64,000 nucleotides of DNA, from NCBI GenBank assembly GCA_001792115.1, contig MGFX01000002.1, positions 4,965 to 68,964 of the forward strand. The letters are read 5' to 3'. The stretch is from Candidatus Woesebacteria bacterium RBG_16_42_24. GTDB taxonomy: Bacteria; Patescibacteriota; Microgenomatia; UBA8517. This document shows, piece by piece, positions 7,587-18,481 of this stretch (position 1 is its first letter; each line of letters starts with the position of its first letter). A program made the position numbers and the translations under genes. The notes under the pieces were generated by a model, which searched no databases, was not told the DNA's origin, and saw only the letters and a program-made list of their open reading frames with translations.

Positions 7587-9568
7587 CTAAGTTTCAACAG
7601 TCTATCCGTAGTTAAATAGAACTCTTCTTCGGTTTTGTCTATGGAAACCGTATATAGCGGACTCCCCGTCCCCGGCTGTTTTTGAATTAATAGTAAGTAG
7701 CCCCCTTTAACCTTGAAAGGAAGTTTATATCTGAATGTAACTTTGGCAACCCCCTGGGGTCTTAACTGAAAATATCCCGCAAAGACGCTTTTGCCGAATT
7801 CTTCGTAAGGATCAAATTTTTCCTCCAGCCCTTCGGAGCTAGTTAGCTCGCTACCTTTGGGAACATAAACTCGAACATAGTTTGGAAGAACGGAATTTAG
7901 CCATCCGTCGTATGGGGCCGGGTTTTTGTAAGTTATTGTCAGGGTTTTTTCTACACTTCCATCCTTGGCAACCAATATTTCCTGACTAACTTCCTGGGTA
8001 ACATAAAGGTTGGATTTTCTGCCGCCTAAATTGGCGTCGTTTATATGAAGATAGTCCCCGTCATAATCAGAGATTCTTCCTGCGATTTCAAACGATTCAA
8101 CTACCGCTTGTTTTTCAGCATCGATTAAAAAGAATAATACGTGTTTTTCGCGAAGCGACTTAAAGGCTGCCTCAAAAAGCGCCGGAAGTTTGTCTTTGGG
8201 TTGGCCAAAGGCATTGGAAAGGATTGAATTCATTAAGGGACCTATGATTTTCTTGCGATTGTCATAATTAGGGGGCGCATAAACGATTTTTCCCGGCTCG
8301 TTCTCACTCCAGACAACCGGTCCCTCGATATCTGCAAAGCTCTCAAGCTCGTGAATTACTTGTGGACAATTACACTCGGCAATTATCTCATTACTAAAAT
8401 TTCCGTACCCAGAAACGCCAATTGGACCGAGTACATCGAGTAAATAAACCAGGAGTTGAGTATCTACTGCAATTATTCCATCGATATTTTTAATTCCGAC
8501 GCTTTCGGCCTCACCAGCAAATACTTTCATACTTTCGGCAAAATCGGGCGACCAATTCATGTCCCGAAGCCGCATTTTGTGGGAGGCAACATAAGGGCCT
8601 TTGAGGTATTTAATGAAAGCTTCGGGAGCATCAATCGTTGGTCTATACGTACTATCCAAATTATAAATATCGTTTGAGGAAACGGGCTCAAACTTGCCCT
8701 TGGTAACTTTCATTATTGAATAAGCAGTCATAAATCCTCCGGTGGGTCGAAGTTCCTTGTCATTCTGAAAAAGAACCAGGTAGTTGCGGGGAGAATCGAT
8801 ACCTAGTAAGTACGGCGAGGCTTCCAATAGGGGTTTGCCGTTAATTGCGAAATAAGCTACCTCGTCAAAAATTGCCAGACCTTCTTTTAGTTTTGCCCGT
8901 ATTTCTTTATCGCCAAGCTTCTCGGGATATTTGTCAGGGTCGATACCTTCGAGTTCTTTTTGAGCGGAGGATACCTTTTGCGAAATCTCATCAGCCCTGG
9001 GGATAAGTTCTGGTATGGATTTAACTAAAAAGTCCAGTCTCTCCTGAGTAGTTTTTGCCCCATCTCCTGCTTCCTCTGCTCCCTCTCCTGCAAATCCAAT
9101 AATATCTGCATAAGGTTCAATCGCCAGCAAAAATACTTCGGTTGCGTCAATTAGATGTGTACCAGCATTTGCCGCATGTTGGGTATCGGAAACAAATCCT
9201 CCAAAATAAGGAACTATCTTCATCCAGCCAATAAGCGTCAAACTACTTCTAAACTTTATGAGTGCGCCATCTACCTTTGTGAGTTGGGATTTTACCCCGG
9301 GAAGATTTTGATTTTTGGCCTCTGTTGAAAGATTTGTAACTTCCAATGACAAAGCTTTTGCTTTTTGATAAATATTCAGGAAGGAAAAAATAAGATAAAT
9401 TGCTAGAACAATTAGAATCCCTCCTGCAATTAGTAACCACTTGGGCGTCTTTCTTGGTAGTTTTTTAACAGATTGAGGCTGAGAACCGATTTTAGGAATC
9501 AAAACTGAATCGGAGACAGGCTCCTTAGGTTTTAGTTGAGGAATATCGGAATCTTCCATACCAACCAT
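7583..9568 (-). CDS. DUF4012-like membrane-anchored protein (N-terminal TM plus large extracytoplasmic domain), commonly found next to LCP/polysaccharide genes
   Basis: N-terminal TM helix, then YLVLFQNDKELRPTGGFMTAYS, which resembles the DUF4012 NNAELRPTGGF signature. Overlaps recO by 4 nt. Confidence 0.5.
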   Translation of the reverse strand: MVGMEDSDIPQLKPKEPVSDSVLIPKIGSQPQSVKKLPRKTPKWLLIAGGILIVLAIYLIFSFLNIYQKAKALSLEVTNLSTEAKNQNLPGVKSQLTKVDGALIKFRSSLTLIGWMKIVPYFGGFVSDTQHAANAGTHLIDATEVFLLAIEPYADIIGFAGEGAEEAGDGAKTTQERLDFLVKSIPELIPRADEISQKVSSAQKELEGIDPDKYPEKLGDKEIRAKLKEGLAIFDEVAYFAINGKPLLEASPYLLGIDSPRNYLVLFQNDKELRPTGGFMTAYSIMKVTKGKFEPVSSNDIYNLDSTYRPTIDAPEAFIKYLKGPYVASHKMRLRDMNWSPDFAESMKVFAGEAESVGIKNIDGIIAVDTQLLVYLLDVLGPIGVSGYGNFSNEIIAECNCPQVIHELESFADIEGPVVWSENEPGKIVYAPPNYDNRKKIIGPLMNSILSNAFGQPKDKLPALFEAAFKSLREKHVLFFLIDAEKQAVVESFEIAGRISDYDGDYLHINDANLGGRKSNLYVTQEVSQEILVAKDGSVEKTLTITYKNPAPYDGWLNSVLPNYVRVYVPKGSELTSSEGLEEKFDPYEEFGKSVFAGYFQLRPQGVAKVTFRYKLPFKVKGGYLLLIQKQPGTGSPLYTVSIDKTEEEFYLTTDRLLKLR

Positions 9569-9577
9569 CTTACTATA

Positions 9578-10216
9578 TTAAACGGCACCCTTGCCCGATA
9601 TCATCGCCCAGGGAGTCTTAAGAAGAATCAGGAGGTCAAAAAGGAGTGACTTTTTCCTGGCATAGAAAGCATCCATCTCGATTCTCTTATCGAAATTCAC
9701 TTCGCTCCTGCCCGTAACTTGCCAGTATCCGGTAATTCCTGGCCTAACAGAGAGAGCCTCTCTGAGAAGCTTTTTTGTTTGGGGATATTTAGCCGTCTGT
9801 TCCTCAAGTTCGTCGGGGTAATACGGACGAGGCCCGACAATACTCATTTCTCCCTTTAGAACATTAATAAATTGGGGGACCTCATCTATAGAGTGTTTCC
9901 TTATAAATTTACCTACGGTCGTTACTCTAGGATCTTCAAAGAGTTTATAACTTGATTTTTTATACTGGTGGTACAATTTTTTTAATTTGGGGTCGGTCTT
10001 TAAAAGGCTGTGGGCGTTAAGTATCATCGAACGGAATTTAAAAGGGTGAAAAAGTTTGCCATTTTTTCCAACTCTTTTGGGGGTATCGGCGAAAACCGGA
10101 CCCGGTGAGCTTATTTTTATTGCTATTGCAGTTGCCAAAATGACTGGGGAAAAAACAATAACAAGAACGACAGCTCCCACCAAATCTATTAATCTTTTCG
10201 CAAACTCGTAATTCAT
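9578..10216 (-). CDS. Polyprenyl-phosphate sugar-1-phosphate transferase (bacterial sugar transferase, PglC/WbaP C-terminal-domain type); priming enzyme
   Basis: KRLIDLVGAVVLVIVFSPVILATAIAIKISSPGPVFADTPKRVGKNGKLFHPFKFRSM...DEVPQFINVLKGEMSIVGPRP, canonical motifs. Confidence 0.85.
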   Translation of the reverse strand: MNYEFAKRLIDLVGAVVLVIVFSPVILATAIAIKISSPGPVFADTPKRVGKNGKLFHPFKFRSMILNAHSLLKTDPKLKKLYHQYKKSSYKLFEDPRVTTVGKFIRKHSIDEVPQFINVLKGEMSIVGPRPYYPDELEEQTAKYPQTKKLLREALSVRPGITGYWQVTGRSEVNFDKRIEMDAFYARKKSLLFDLLILLKTPWAMISGKGAV

Positions 10217-10237
10217 ACTGGGCAGGCAGAGATTATA

Positions 10238-11386
10238 CTACAAAAGCTCTTTTCTTTTCTCGGCCTTGAGCTGTTCGACTATCTTTTTAACCGATTGGGC
10301 ACTACTTCTCTTGCAGACAAGAAGGATGTCTTTTGAATCTACTATTGCTATATCGTCAACGTCGACAATTGCAATTAGCCTCCCATCCATATGAACCAAA
10401 GTTTGGGTAGTATCAATATTTATTACCCTACCCCCGGGTTCTTCACCGTCGATAATGACATTTTTATTCTCGTCTTTGGGCAAATTTTCCCAAACTTCGT
10501 TCCAATCCCCAATGTCAGTCCAATGGTAGTTAGCAACTACCAAGAGAATATTTTTTGCCTTTTCCGAGACGGCATAGTCAATTGACATTGCCTTGCCATC
10601 CTTTGTTTTATCAGGGATTCCCTCGTACTCTCGTAGTATTACTTTTTCTTCATCTGGAGAGCCAATGGCTTTATAAATATTATCAATCGCAGCTCCTACT
10701 TCTGGTTCAAACTGCCTTAACGCTTTTAGGTAAGTATCTGCTCTAAAAACGTATTCGTTGGCGTTCCAGAAATAAAGCCCCGTTTTGTTAAACTTCTCTG
10801 CCATCTCGAGTGATGGCTTTTCAATGAAACCTTCAAACTCATAGACTTCCTCTCCCTCAAACTCCCCAAATTTCTTTCCCTTTTTAATGTGCCCATAACC
10901 GGTACCGGGGTAAGTCGGCTTTATCCCGACTGTAACTATCCAGTCCCCGCCGTATGCTGCGGCTGCTCCCGCCATTAAGGTTTTAAAATAGGTACTCTCC
11001 GGTTTTACCAAGTGATCTGCCGATTCATTTAATATGACGGCGTCTTTATCAATCTTGTGGATGTAAGCCGCACCGATTCCGTGAGCTGGAGCCGTATTTT
11101 TCCTTAGAGGCTCGACTATTATATTTTCGGGAAGAATCTGGGGTACCTCCTTCAGAATCTCTTTTTTATAAGATTCCGAAACCGTGACAACAAAAAGCTT
11201 GTCCCATGGCAAAATTTCTTTAAATCTGTGCGCCGTTATTTGGGTAAGAGTTTTACCTCCGAATAGTTTGAGAAATTGCTTTGGGACGGCATTTCTTGAT
11301 TTTGGCCAGAGTCTTGTACCTCCACCCCCTGCGACAATTAATGCGAATAAATGTTCTTTGTAACTATCCATTGAAATTATTGACAA
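10238..11386 (-). CDS. Mannose-1-phosphate guanylyltransferase (GDP-mannose pyrophosphorylase), ManC/CpsB-like
   Basis: ALIVAGGGGTRLWPKSRNAVPKQF nucleotidyltransferase signature plus a C-terminal cupin-like extension. Confidence 0.75.
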   Translation of the reverse strand: MSIISMDSYKEHLFALIVAGGGGTRLWPKSRNAVPKQFLKLFGGKTLTQITAHRFKEILPWDKLFVVTVSESYKKEILKEVPQILPENIIVEPLRKNTAPAHGIGAAYIHKIDKDAVILNESADHLVKPESTYFKTLMAGAAAAYGGDWIVTVGIKPTYPGTGYGHIKKGKKFGEFEGEEVYEFEGFIEKPSLEMAEKFNKTGLYFWNANEYVFRADTYLKALRQFEPEVGAAIDNIYKAIGSPDEEKVILREYEGIPDKTKDGKAMSIDYAVSEKAKNILLVVANYHWTDIGDWNEVWENLPKDENKNVIIDGEEPGGRVINIDTTQTLVHMDGRLIAIVDVDDIAIVDSKDILLVCKRSSAQSVKKIVEQLKAEKRKELL

Positions 11387-12473
11387 CTTCTAAAAATTTA
11401 TTTTTAAAAACGTCCTTTGAAAATCGCTCGGCGGATTCGACTATTTTACCTCTATCAAACGACATTTTTTCAAAATCTTTAACCGCTTTAGTCAAACCCG
11501 CTACCGTCTGCTTTTCAAAAAAGACCCCATTTGCACCCTCAATAACCGTATCGAGCGCGCCCCCGGCTTTGTATGCAACAGTCGGCGTGCCAGCCGCGTG
11601 GGCCTCAACAACCACTTTGCCAAAATCTTCCTCCTGCGGGAAGATTAAAGCCCGCGCCTTACTATAGTAATTAGAAAGCTTACTATCTGTCAATTTACCC
11701 AAGAATTTAATATTGCCTTTTGCCATCTTTTTTAGTCTACTTTCCTCGCTCCCTTTCCCAACGATAATAAGCGGAAGCCCAAGCTTATTAAAAACTTCAA
11801 CAGCCAGGTCGGCCCTTTTATAAGGAACTAATCTGGAAACCAATAAGAAAAAGGGCGAATTTGCGTTCACTACATTACTATATAGTATTGTAGTATTTAG
11901 GCTCGGTTTTTTAAAAAATGAAACGTCGACGGGCGGATGTATAAGCAGGGAGTCCCTTTGGTAATACCTTTTTATTCTCGCTTGCACGGTACTTGATATC
12001 GCAACCAAAAGATCTGGCCTTTGAGCGGCAATTTTATCCCATTTCCTAAGATAAGAAACGGCCGTGGCTGCTATAGCTTTAAAGGTCGGACCTTTAAAGT
12101 AGTTGTTATAGCCGCTCCATAGGTAGCGGGTTGGGGTCAGACAAAAACAAATATGTCTGGTCCTGGGCTTTGTGATGATACCCTTGGCGGCCTCGCTCGT
12201 TACCGAAACCACCAAGTCGTACTCTGAAAAGTCAAAAGACTCAAAAGCCAAGGGCATAAAGGTTCCCAAATATTCGTGCCTTTTGGGCAGAAAGGGAATT
12301 TTTTGCAAGAAAGAGGGAACTACTTTGGGAAAAACTTTAGCCCAAGGAGCTCCTTGTAACGAATAGAGTGAAGTGTATAGAGGAGCATCCGGAAAAAGCT
12401 CGTGAAGAGTGAGAAGGTCGCGCTCGGCTCCTCCCCACTTATTGACCCTATCGTAAACGAGCGCAACTTTCAT
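11364..12473 (-). CDS. Glycosyltransferase family 4 (GT-B)
   Basis: LVSRLVPYKRADLAVEVF...IVGKG...EDFGKVVVEAHAAGTPTVAYKAGGALDTV, an EX7E-type GT4 C-terminal domain. Confidence 0.8.
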   Translation of the reverse strand: MKVALVYDRVNKWGGAERDLLTLHELFPDAPLYTSLYSLQGAPWAKVFPKVVPSFLQKIPFLPKRHEYLGTFMPLAFESFDFSEYDLVVSVTSEAAKGIITKPRTRHICFCLTPTRYLWSGYNNYFKGPTFKAIAATAVSYLRKWDKIAAQRPDLLVAISSTVQARIKRYYQRDSLLIHPPVDVSFFKKPSLNTTILYSNVVNANSPFFLLVSRLVPYKRADLAVEVFNKLGLPLIIVGKGSEESRLKKMAKGNIKFLGKLTDSKLSNYYSKARALIFPQEEDFGKVVVEAHAAGTPTVAYKAGGALDTVIEGANGVFFEKQTVAGLTKAVKDFEKMSFDRGKIVESAERFSKDVFKNKFLEVVNNFNG

Positions 12474-13578
12474 ATATTTGAAGTGTCTCTTTCGCCATTT
12501 TATTCCAAGAATATCTTTTTACAAAATCGCGGGCTTTTGAAATCCTGGCCTCCCTCTCATTTCCCTCCATTCCCAAAGCTAACTCCATTGCCTTGGCAAT
12601 TGAAGAAAAATCAAAGGGATTAAAATAAATCGCGTGACAATCGTAAACCTCCTTAAGAACCGGAATTTGAGATGCGAGGACCAAAGTTCCAACTTCCATG
12701 GCATCAAGTCCGGGTATTCCAAACCCTTCGGATAACGATGGGAGAGTTAAAGCTGCCGAGTGTTTGTAAAGGGTTCCCATTTCCTTATTTGGCAAAAATC
12801 CGAGAACTTTGACGAAAGCGCCTGCTCCCATTTCGGCAATTAACTTCTCAAGTTTTTTGACGAAGAAATTCCTGGCAGAAACTATTACCAGGTGGGCTTT
12901 CACCTTGCGCTCTGTATTAAGAGAAATAGTCGCCTCAATTAATCTTTTTAAATTTTTATGGGGATAGGCATTTCCTGTGTAAATAAAATAGGGTGTTTCA
13001 ATTGCGTACTTTTTTAGAAGGAGCGAAATTGGACCTCCGCCAGATAAATCACTCACCCCCTCGTAGGTAACCAGAACCTTATCAGGGTCAAGGCTGTAGT
13101 AGTCTACCAGTTCTTTTTTCACGGACTCGCTTGGAACAATAATTTTAACTGGTCTTTTAACCGCCCTATCAAAAACAGCCCTGTAACCTAGGCGTTTAAT
13201 AAGGTACACGATGGGAGAAAGTGTGGTTGCCTCAAGTCCCTTCTTCTTATGCATCAGTAAATCGTGGATTGTTACCACATAGCTTCCTTTATAGATGATG
13301 GGTACGTTGAAATGGGGAAAATGAACAAGATCCGGCTTCTCTTTGGTAAGCAGCCTGGGAAGTGTTATTTGTTCGGCAAAAGAATATTGACGAAAATCCC
13401 CTTTAACTTTCTTGAAATTTGGTGGTAGAAGTAAACGTTTAAAATAGTTATCCCTTAATATGACAGTGTAATCATTTTTATTGTCAATTTTTACCAGATT
13501 ATCCGTAAGGTTCATTACATAAACGCCTATTCCGGTATGTTCTATTCCATACATTCTGGCGTCGATTACAATTTTCAC
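12448..13578 (-). CDS. Glycosyltransferase family 4
   Basis: FIYTGNAYPHKNLKRLIEA...LPSLSEGFGIPGLDAMEVGTLVLASQIPVLKEV. Confidence 0.8.
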   Translation of the reverse strand: MKIVIDARMYGIEHTGIGVYVMNLTDNLVKIDNKNDYTVILRDNYFKRLLLPPNFKKVKGDFRQYSFAEQITLPRLLTKEKPDLVHFPHFNVPIIYKGSYVVTIHDLLMHKKKGLEATTLSPIVYLIKRLGYRAVFDRAVKRPVKIIVPSESVKKELVDYYSLDPDKVLVTYEGVSDLSGGGPISLLLKKYAIETPYFIYTGNAYPHKNLKRLIEATISLNTERKVKAHLVIVSARNFFVKKLEKLIAEMGAGAFVKVLGFLPNKEMGTLYKHSAALTLPSLSEGFGIPGLDAMEVGTLVLASQIPVLKEVYDCHAIYFNPFDFSSIAKAMELALGMEGNEREARISKARDFVKRYSWNKMAKETLQIYESCARLR

Positions 13579-14474
13579 TTGAAGTAAACTCCTATGGTTC
13601 TATAAAGTTTGACCAATCTAATTCCTAAAACAACCAGAAGATTTAGGGCGAGAGGATACTTCTCCCACATATGTTTCCTGTAAAAAATCTCCATTGAGGA
13701 AACCCCTGTAGCACGAAAGTGTAGCCTTTTATCTTTTTCGACACTCAAAGCATGCAAGCCTTTACCTTTAGAAACACCCTTTATATGAGTAATATTGACT
13801 TTCGGGAAGTACATTATTTTCCATCCCGCCGCTTTTATTCTCCAACATAGGTCAATATCTTCCCCGTCTAAAAAATAATCCTCATCGAACCACCCGACTT
13901 CATCGAGTACACGCTTTCTAACTAAAAAGAAGGCTCCCTGAAGTGCGTCAACCTCATGCGCCGTATCCTCATTGATATACCCGTACCAATATTTGGCCAA
14001 GATTCGAGAGTGTGGAACTATTCTGTCTAGCCGTAAGATTAGGTGGGTAAGTGCCACCCAGGGCGTAGGAAAGGAGCGTCTCGCGTCTTTATCCAATTTT
14101 CCATTTGGCAATACTATCTTGCAAGTCAACGCCCCGAGATTTGAATTGTCATCAAGGTACTTAACGGTTTCTTTTAGAGTACTTTTAGGAACAATCGTAT
14201 CAGGATTTAAAAAAAGAATATATTCTCCTTGCGTGTAAGGTTTTGCTTTATTATTTCCAGCGGCAAAACCTAAGTTTTTATCATTGTCTACTAATTTTAC
14301 CCAGTCAAATTTCTCCTTAATCGCCTCAATAGTACCGTCGGTTGAGCCGTTGTCTGACACAATCGCCTCGAAATCGACCTCGCCCCTCACCTGACTTAGA
14401 GAGTTAAGGCAATCTGACAAGACTTGTTTGGTATTGTGACTCAAAATGACTATTGAGAGCTTAGGAATTTTCAT
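13575..14474 (-). CDS. Glycosyltransferase family 2 (GT-A)
   Basis: LSIVILSHNTKQVLSDCLNSL...IVSDNGSTDGT...GFAAGNNKA...ILFLNPDT. Confidence 0.8.
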   Translation of the reverse strand: MKIPKLSIVILSHNTKQVLSDCLNSLSQVRGEVDFEAIVSDNGSTDGTIEAIKEKFDWVKLVDNDKNLGFAAGNNKAKPYTQGEYILFLNPDTIVPKSTLKETVKYLDDNSNLGALTCKIVLPNGKLDKDARRSFPTPWVALTHLILRLDRIVPHSRILAKYWYGYINEDTAHEVDALQGAFFLVRKRVLDEVGWFDEDYFLDGEDIDLCWRIKAAGWKIMYFPKVNITHIKGVSKGKGLHALSVEKDKRLHFRATGVSSMEIFYRKHMWEKYPLALNLLVVLGIRLVKLYRTIGVYFK

Positions 14475-15670
14475 TTAGAGGAAACTACACTTGCATAAAT
14501 TGGGTCGTGGAGTTTTACGATAACTCTCCAATCAAAATATTTATGTACGTGGTTTTGGCCTTTTTCTCCTATATAATTAGCCAGCTTGGGGTTTTTGATT
14601 AACCTCACCGCTTCCCGAGCAAGAGCTTCATCGCTATCTGCAATAAGCGCCTGTTCCCCGTGGGTAATATGTAAGCCCGCAACTCCAATCGAGGTTGATA
14701 CAACGGGAAGACCGGCAGCCATGGCTTCCAATATTTTTAAGCGTGTCCCTCCCGCCCCTTTAATTGGCGCAACCATGATAGTAGCGCTTGCATAAGCGTC
14801 TCTTGCGTCGGGAATATTTTCGGTGACCTCAACGCTCTCGTCACTCTCTGAAAGTCTTTTAATCCATTCTGGAATCTCCCTTCCTACTATCCACACTTTT
14901 GCGTTTGGAACTTCTTTTTTAACTTTCGGCCAAACTTTATTTAGCAAACTTTCTGACGCCTCCTGGTTCTGAAGCCATTCGAAATTGCTGACCCCATAAA
15001 GTATTCGGGGGGGAAGTTTCCTTTCCATTTTTTTTGCTGCATAAAACTCGGTGTCGACCCCGTTTGGAATTACATCGACTTTTACCCCTGGGATTAACTT
15101 AATCATCTCATTTCTATCCTCAGCCGAAACTGCTACTAATTTACTTGCTTTATTCCAGTAATGCTTCTCCCAATACTTAACTTTAACAACGTCATACATA
15201 TAAAAAGGCCTCAAGATACTAGGCACTTTAGTTTCCACATGGTGCTTATAAACATCGTGCCAAATTGTCTGCTCAACAAGAATGGTGGGTACATCAGTTC
15301 TTACAAGGTGTGGCATAACATAAAAAGTTTCTGCGTGGATTAAATCATACTTTTCATTGGCAAGTTCTTCTGAAATCGCACGTCTTTCCTGCAAGGAAAA
15401 ATTTCTAATAACTAAAAGTGGGAATGGTCCGAAGAATGAAAGTAGTACATTTCTTAGGGTCCAAGGCTTTTTTGGTCTATCAAAGACCATTACTTTTTTA
15501 CAATATTTTTTTAATTCGGGGATGAACTTTTCTTCTGAAGTATCTTTGGCGAGGGAAAAAAGAGTAATGTCATGTTTTTTTGACAAATATTTAATAATGT
15601 TATACCAACGAGTCTGCCCTCCACTGGTGTCAGGTTTTGGCAGATAAGGAACGAGCATCAATATTTTCAT
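14471..15670 (-). CDS. Glycosyltransferase family 4
   Basis: VWIVGREIPEWIKRL...IMVAPIKGAGGTRLKILEAMAAGLPVVSTSIGVAGL. Confidence 0.8.
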   Translation of the reverse strand: MKILMLVPYLPKPDTSGGQTRWYNIIKYLSKKHDITLFSLAKDTSEEKFIPELKKYCKKVMVFDRPKKPWTLRNVLLSFFGPFPLLVIRNFSLQERRAISEELANEKYDLIHAETFYVMPHLVRTDVPTILVEQTIWHDVYKHHVETKVPSILRPFYMYDVVKVKYWEKHYWNKASKLVAVSAEDRNEMIKLIPGVKVDVIPNGVDTEFYAAKKMERKLPPRILYGVSNFEWLQNQEASESLLNKVWPKVKKEVPNAKVWIVGREIPEWIKRLSESDESVEVTENIPDARDAYASATIMVAPIKGAGGTRLKILEAMAAGLPVVSTSIGVAGLHITHGEQALIADSDEALAREAVRLIKNPKLANYIGEKGQNHVHKYFDWRVIVKLHDPIYASVVSSK

Positions 15671-17136
15671 TTTTTAGGTCTATGAAGGTCAGCTATTAAA
15701 TAAGTATTAGTTCTTTCTATCACCTCAAATCTCCCAATAACCTCTAGGGTGTCCTTGTCATTCAAGCTCACTGTTGCGTAATAATCCGCTCCCTTTCGAA
15801 TTATTTCCTCGACAGATGAATCAATTACCGGCCAACCTTTCCTTTTTGTCTGATAAAGAAATGCAGTATCTCCGTTATAAGGAGCTATCACTATCGCGTC
15901 TTTTGGGGTTAGTCTATCAACGGCTGCACCAGCCTCGATTATTTCTGGGTGGTTGACTTTATAAAACTCCCTAATCTCAGAAGCTCCTGTTGCAAACATA
16001 ATGAATATCGAGAATATGACCAGAGTTCTGGCTGAAAAGCGTGGAAAATCTTGGGAATTCCACAAATACAAAAGTCCCTGTGCCAAGGCTAAGGAAATGG
16101 CCGGAATGGTAATTGTCTGATAGTAATCGTGTCTTACGTTAACTGTCGCAAATACAACAACATAAGTAAACATCCCAAGAAGAAAAGTGTGAATAAAAAG
16201 ATCTTTTTTGGGTTTAAGAAGTCCAAAAGTAAATATAATAATTCCCCAATAGCCCAAGATAAGTTTTGTTAGTCTCTCCCCAAAAATCCAGCGAAAAAAA
16301 GCGGGCTTTAAACGAATTCCATCGCCATTGAACATCCAAGCCCAACCGGGTATTCCAGCAGGAAATTTGCTAATCCAAGCTCGCCATAGGAAGAAAGGAA
16401 TGGCAATGATGTTTATAAAAATCAGGAGTTTAATTAATAGTTTAGGAGTTTTAAAAATTTTCTTAAGAGAATATTTCTTTAAAATTAAATAGACTAAGGG
16501 AATAGTATAAAAGATGATAAAAGGCTTAATAAGTAACCCCAATGCGAAACACAATCCAGATAGGTACAAAAATAGAGCTTTTTCGCTGTCGATAAAAAGC
16601 ACAAAAAACCAAATACCCAAAAGGCCAAAAAATATAGCCGTAGGCTCCGGTAGTATTACTCTGGTGAAATAAATGTTAAAAGGCAAAAACAAGAAAAAAA
16701 AGGAAGCGATCACTCCTCCCCATTTATTGATAAATCTCCTTCCCAGAAGATAAACTAAAAATCCAGAACCTAAAGTAAAAATAATTGAGACCAGCCTACC
16801 CCATACTTCAAATGATAAAATGCCCAAATTTTTGGCAAGAAGCGCGTGAATTGCATTATAGATAGGGAATTCTACAAAACGGTAGCCTTCGGGGTTTAAA
16901 ATTCGAGATTGAGTTGAAGACAAATCGTAATAGCGGGGGTAAAGTAAATTAACACCATTTTCTACATAAAGTCTAGCTACACTGGCAGTGTCTGCTTGCC
17001 TGAATGAGTGCCAATCAGCTAAGGGGTTATTAATTTTATATAATCTTATTAAAAAACCGCCTACGAGCATCATTGATAATAAATAGTACTCAATATTTTT
17101 TATTGAAAATAAGCGGGTAAATAAATTATTCAGCAT
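15667..17136 (-). CDS. Polytopic membrane protein, putative GT-C fold glycosyltransferase (ArnT/PMT-like)
   Basis: More than 10 predicted TM helices, with an N-proximal loop LYKINNPLADWHSFRQADTASVARLY. This architecture is typical of lipid-linked-sugar-dependent glycosyltransferases. Confidence 0.45.
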   Translation of the reverse strand: MLNNLFTRLFSIKNIEYYLLSMMLVGGFLIRLYKINNPLADWHSFRQADTASVARLYVENGVNLLYPRYYDLSSTQSRILNPEGYRFVEFPIYNAIHALLAKNLGILSFEVWGRLVSIIFTLGSGFLVYLLGRRFINKWGGVIASFFFLFLPFNIYFTRVILPEPTAIFFGLLGIWFFVLFIDSEKALFLYLSGLCFALGLLIKPFIIFYTIPLVYLILKKYSLKKIFKTPKLLIKLLIFINIIAIPFFLWRAWISKFPAGIPGWAWMFNGDGIRLKPAFFRWIFGERLTKLILGYWGIIIFTFGLLKPKKDLFIHTFLLGMFTYVVVFATVNVRHDYYQTITIPAISLALAQGLLYLWNSQDFPRFSARTLVIFSIFIMFATGASEIREFYKVNHPEIIEAGAAVDRLTPKDAIVIAPYNGDTAFLYQTKRKGWPVIDSSVEEIIRKGADYYATVSLNDKDTLEVIGRFEVIERTNTYLIADLHRPKK

Positions 17137-18481
17137 AATTTTTCTTTCTTATAAATCCCACTAATATTCCAATTAAAATCCAAAAGATTATGGCGAACTT
17201 CGATGCTTCGAATACATCTACAAATAGAGCGTTTACAAGAATACCTAAGCTTCCACCCATCATCCCTGCTACAAATGATTTGTCAATGTCCGAAAATTCT
17301 TTCTTAATTAAAGAATATTTCGTTAGTAATATTTCGGAGATCCTTATAAAAATCAAGCTAAAGGCGACAAGTCCCAGAATACCGGTTTCTCCTAGGGCTC
17401 TTAAGTAATCGTTGTCTGTTGCGAGAGTAATTGACGAATATCCCGTACCCAATAGAGGATTTTTTGAAAAGGCCCGTATGGCTCTTGGCCACTCTACATT
17501 TAACCTTATAGAAGAAGACCTATCCTCCAAAACCGGCATTGGCGTTGGCATTGGAGTAACCACGTTAGTCCTTCTTTCTGGCAAGTCTTCTTGGGCATGA
17601 ATATAGAATGTAACCTCTCCCAATCTTTTTCTAGCCTCATCAAAAATCCGAACATATCTTGTTCTTAAATCTGACGAAAAAGAAAAAAATATCAGACTGA
17701 CACCAATGACAACCAAAATAGCTTTATATTTCCGAAGCCAAAGCAGTGCAACTGAACTAGCCAACAGGTATGAGGCTATCGAAATTCTTGAGACGGAAAC
17801 CAGAAGTAACCAAAGTCCGCAAGAAATCGCTATCCCTAAGATAATTCTAGTCTTGATTTTTTTAATAACATAAAATAAAGAAATAAAAATGGGAAGGACA
17901 AGAACCAGAAAGGTAGCGAGGTCATAATGCCCTGCAAAAGTTGAATTTATGTGGCTGCCGGGAATCCAGCGAAGTGCAATTCCTTTGGCATACTCTACAT
18001 TTTGAGTAACAATTACTGGCCAATAGAAATAGCGCTGTCCTGCTGCATAAAGGAATACTATAAATAAGGTAAGTAAAAGAATCTTGATATAAAAACCCAG
18101 ATTCTCCCTCTTTCTTGATGCGAGAACCCCCAAGAAAAATCCTGCAAAATATTCTATCCTTCTTAGCCAATGCAAAAATCCCACTTCGATTCCTGCGGTT
18201 TTCGTTATGAATATTGCAGACAGTAAAGACAGAAGCCCTACCACCAAATAGATTAAAATTGTTTTCTCGATATTCAAGGAGAAAACTCGCAACAGCCTCG
18301 GAAGTAAATAAATCCCACAAATCCCAACAACTGCCGCCATTAAAAAATCCTCCAGCCTTATTGAAACCTGCAACCCAGGAATCCTAAGAAAAGGGAATTT
18401 TGGATACAAAATTATCGTCATAATCACAGCAGCAGTTAAATATTTGAAGATGGTGTCAGGCGACTTGAAAAGCTTTCGCAT
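17126..18481 (-). CDS. O-antigen ligase/polymerase family membrane protein (Wzy/WaaL-like)
   Basis: Multi-TM protein with a large loop and a C-terminal FGTGYSSITLATDNDYLRALGETGILGL block, as in Wzy_C/O-antigen ligase. Confidence 0.7.
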   Translation of the reverse strand: MRKLFKSPDTIFKYLTAAVIMTIILYPKFPFLRIPGLQVSIRLEDFLMAAVVGICGIYLLPRLLRVFSLNIEKTILIYLVVGLLSLLSAIFITKTAGIEVGFLHWLRRIEYFAGFFLGVLASRKRENLGFYIKILLLTLFIVFLYAAGQRYFYWPVIVTQNVEYAKGIALRWIPGSHINSTFAGHYDLATFLVLVLPIFISLFYVIKKIKTRIILGIAISCGLWLLLVSVSRISIASYLLASSVALLWLRKYKAILVVIGVSLIFFSFSSDLRTRYVRIFDEARKRLGEVTFYIHAQEDLPERRTNVVTPMPTPMPVLEDRSSSIRLNVEWPRAIRAFSKNPLLGTGYSSITLATDNDYLRALGETGILGLVAFSLIFIRISEILLTKYSLIKKEFSDIDKSFVAGMMGGSLGILVNALFVDVFEASKFAIIFWILIGILVGFIRKKNYAE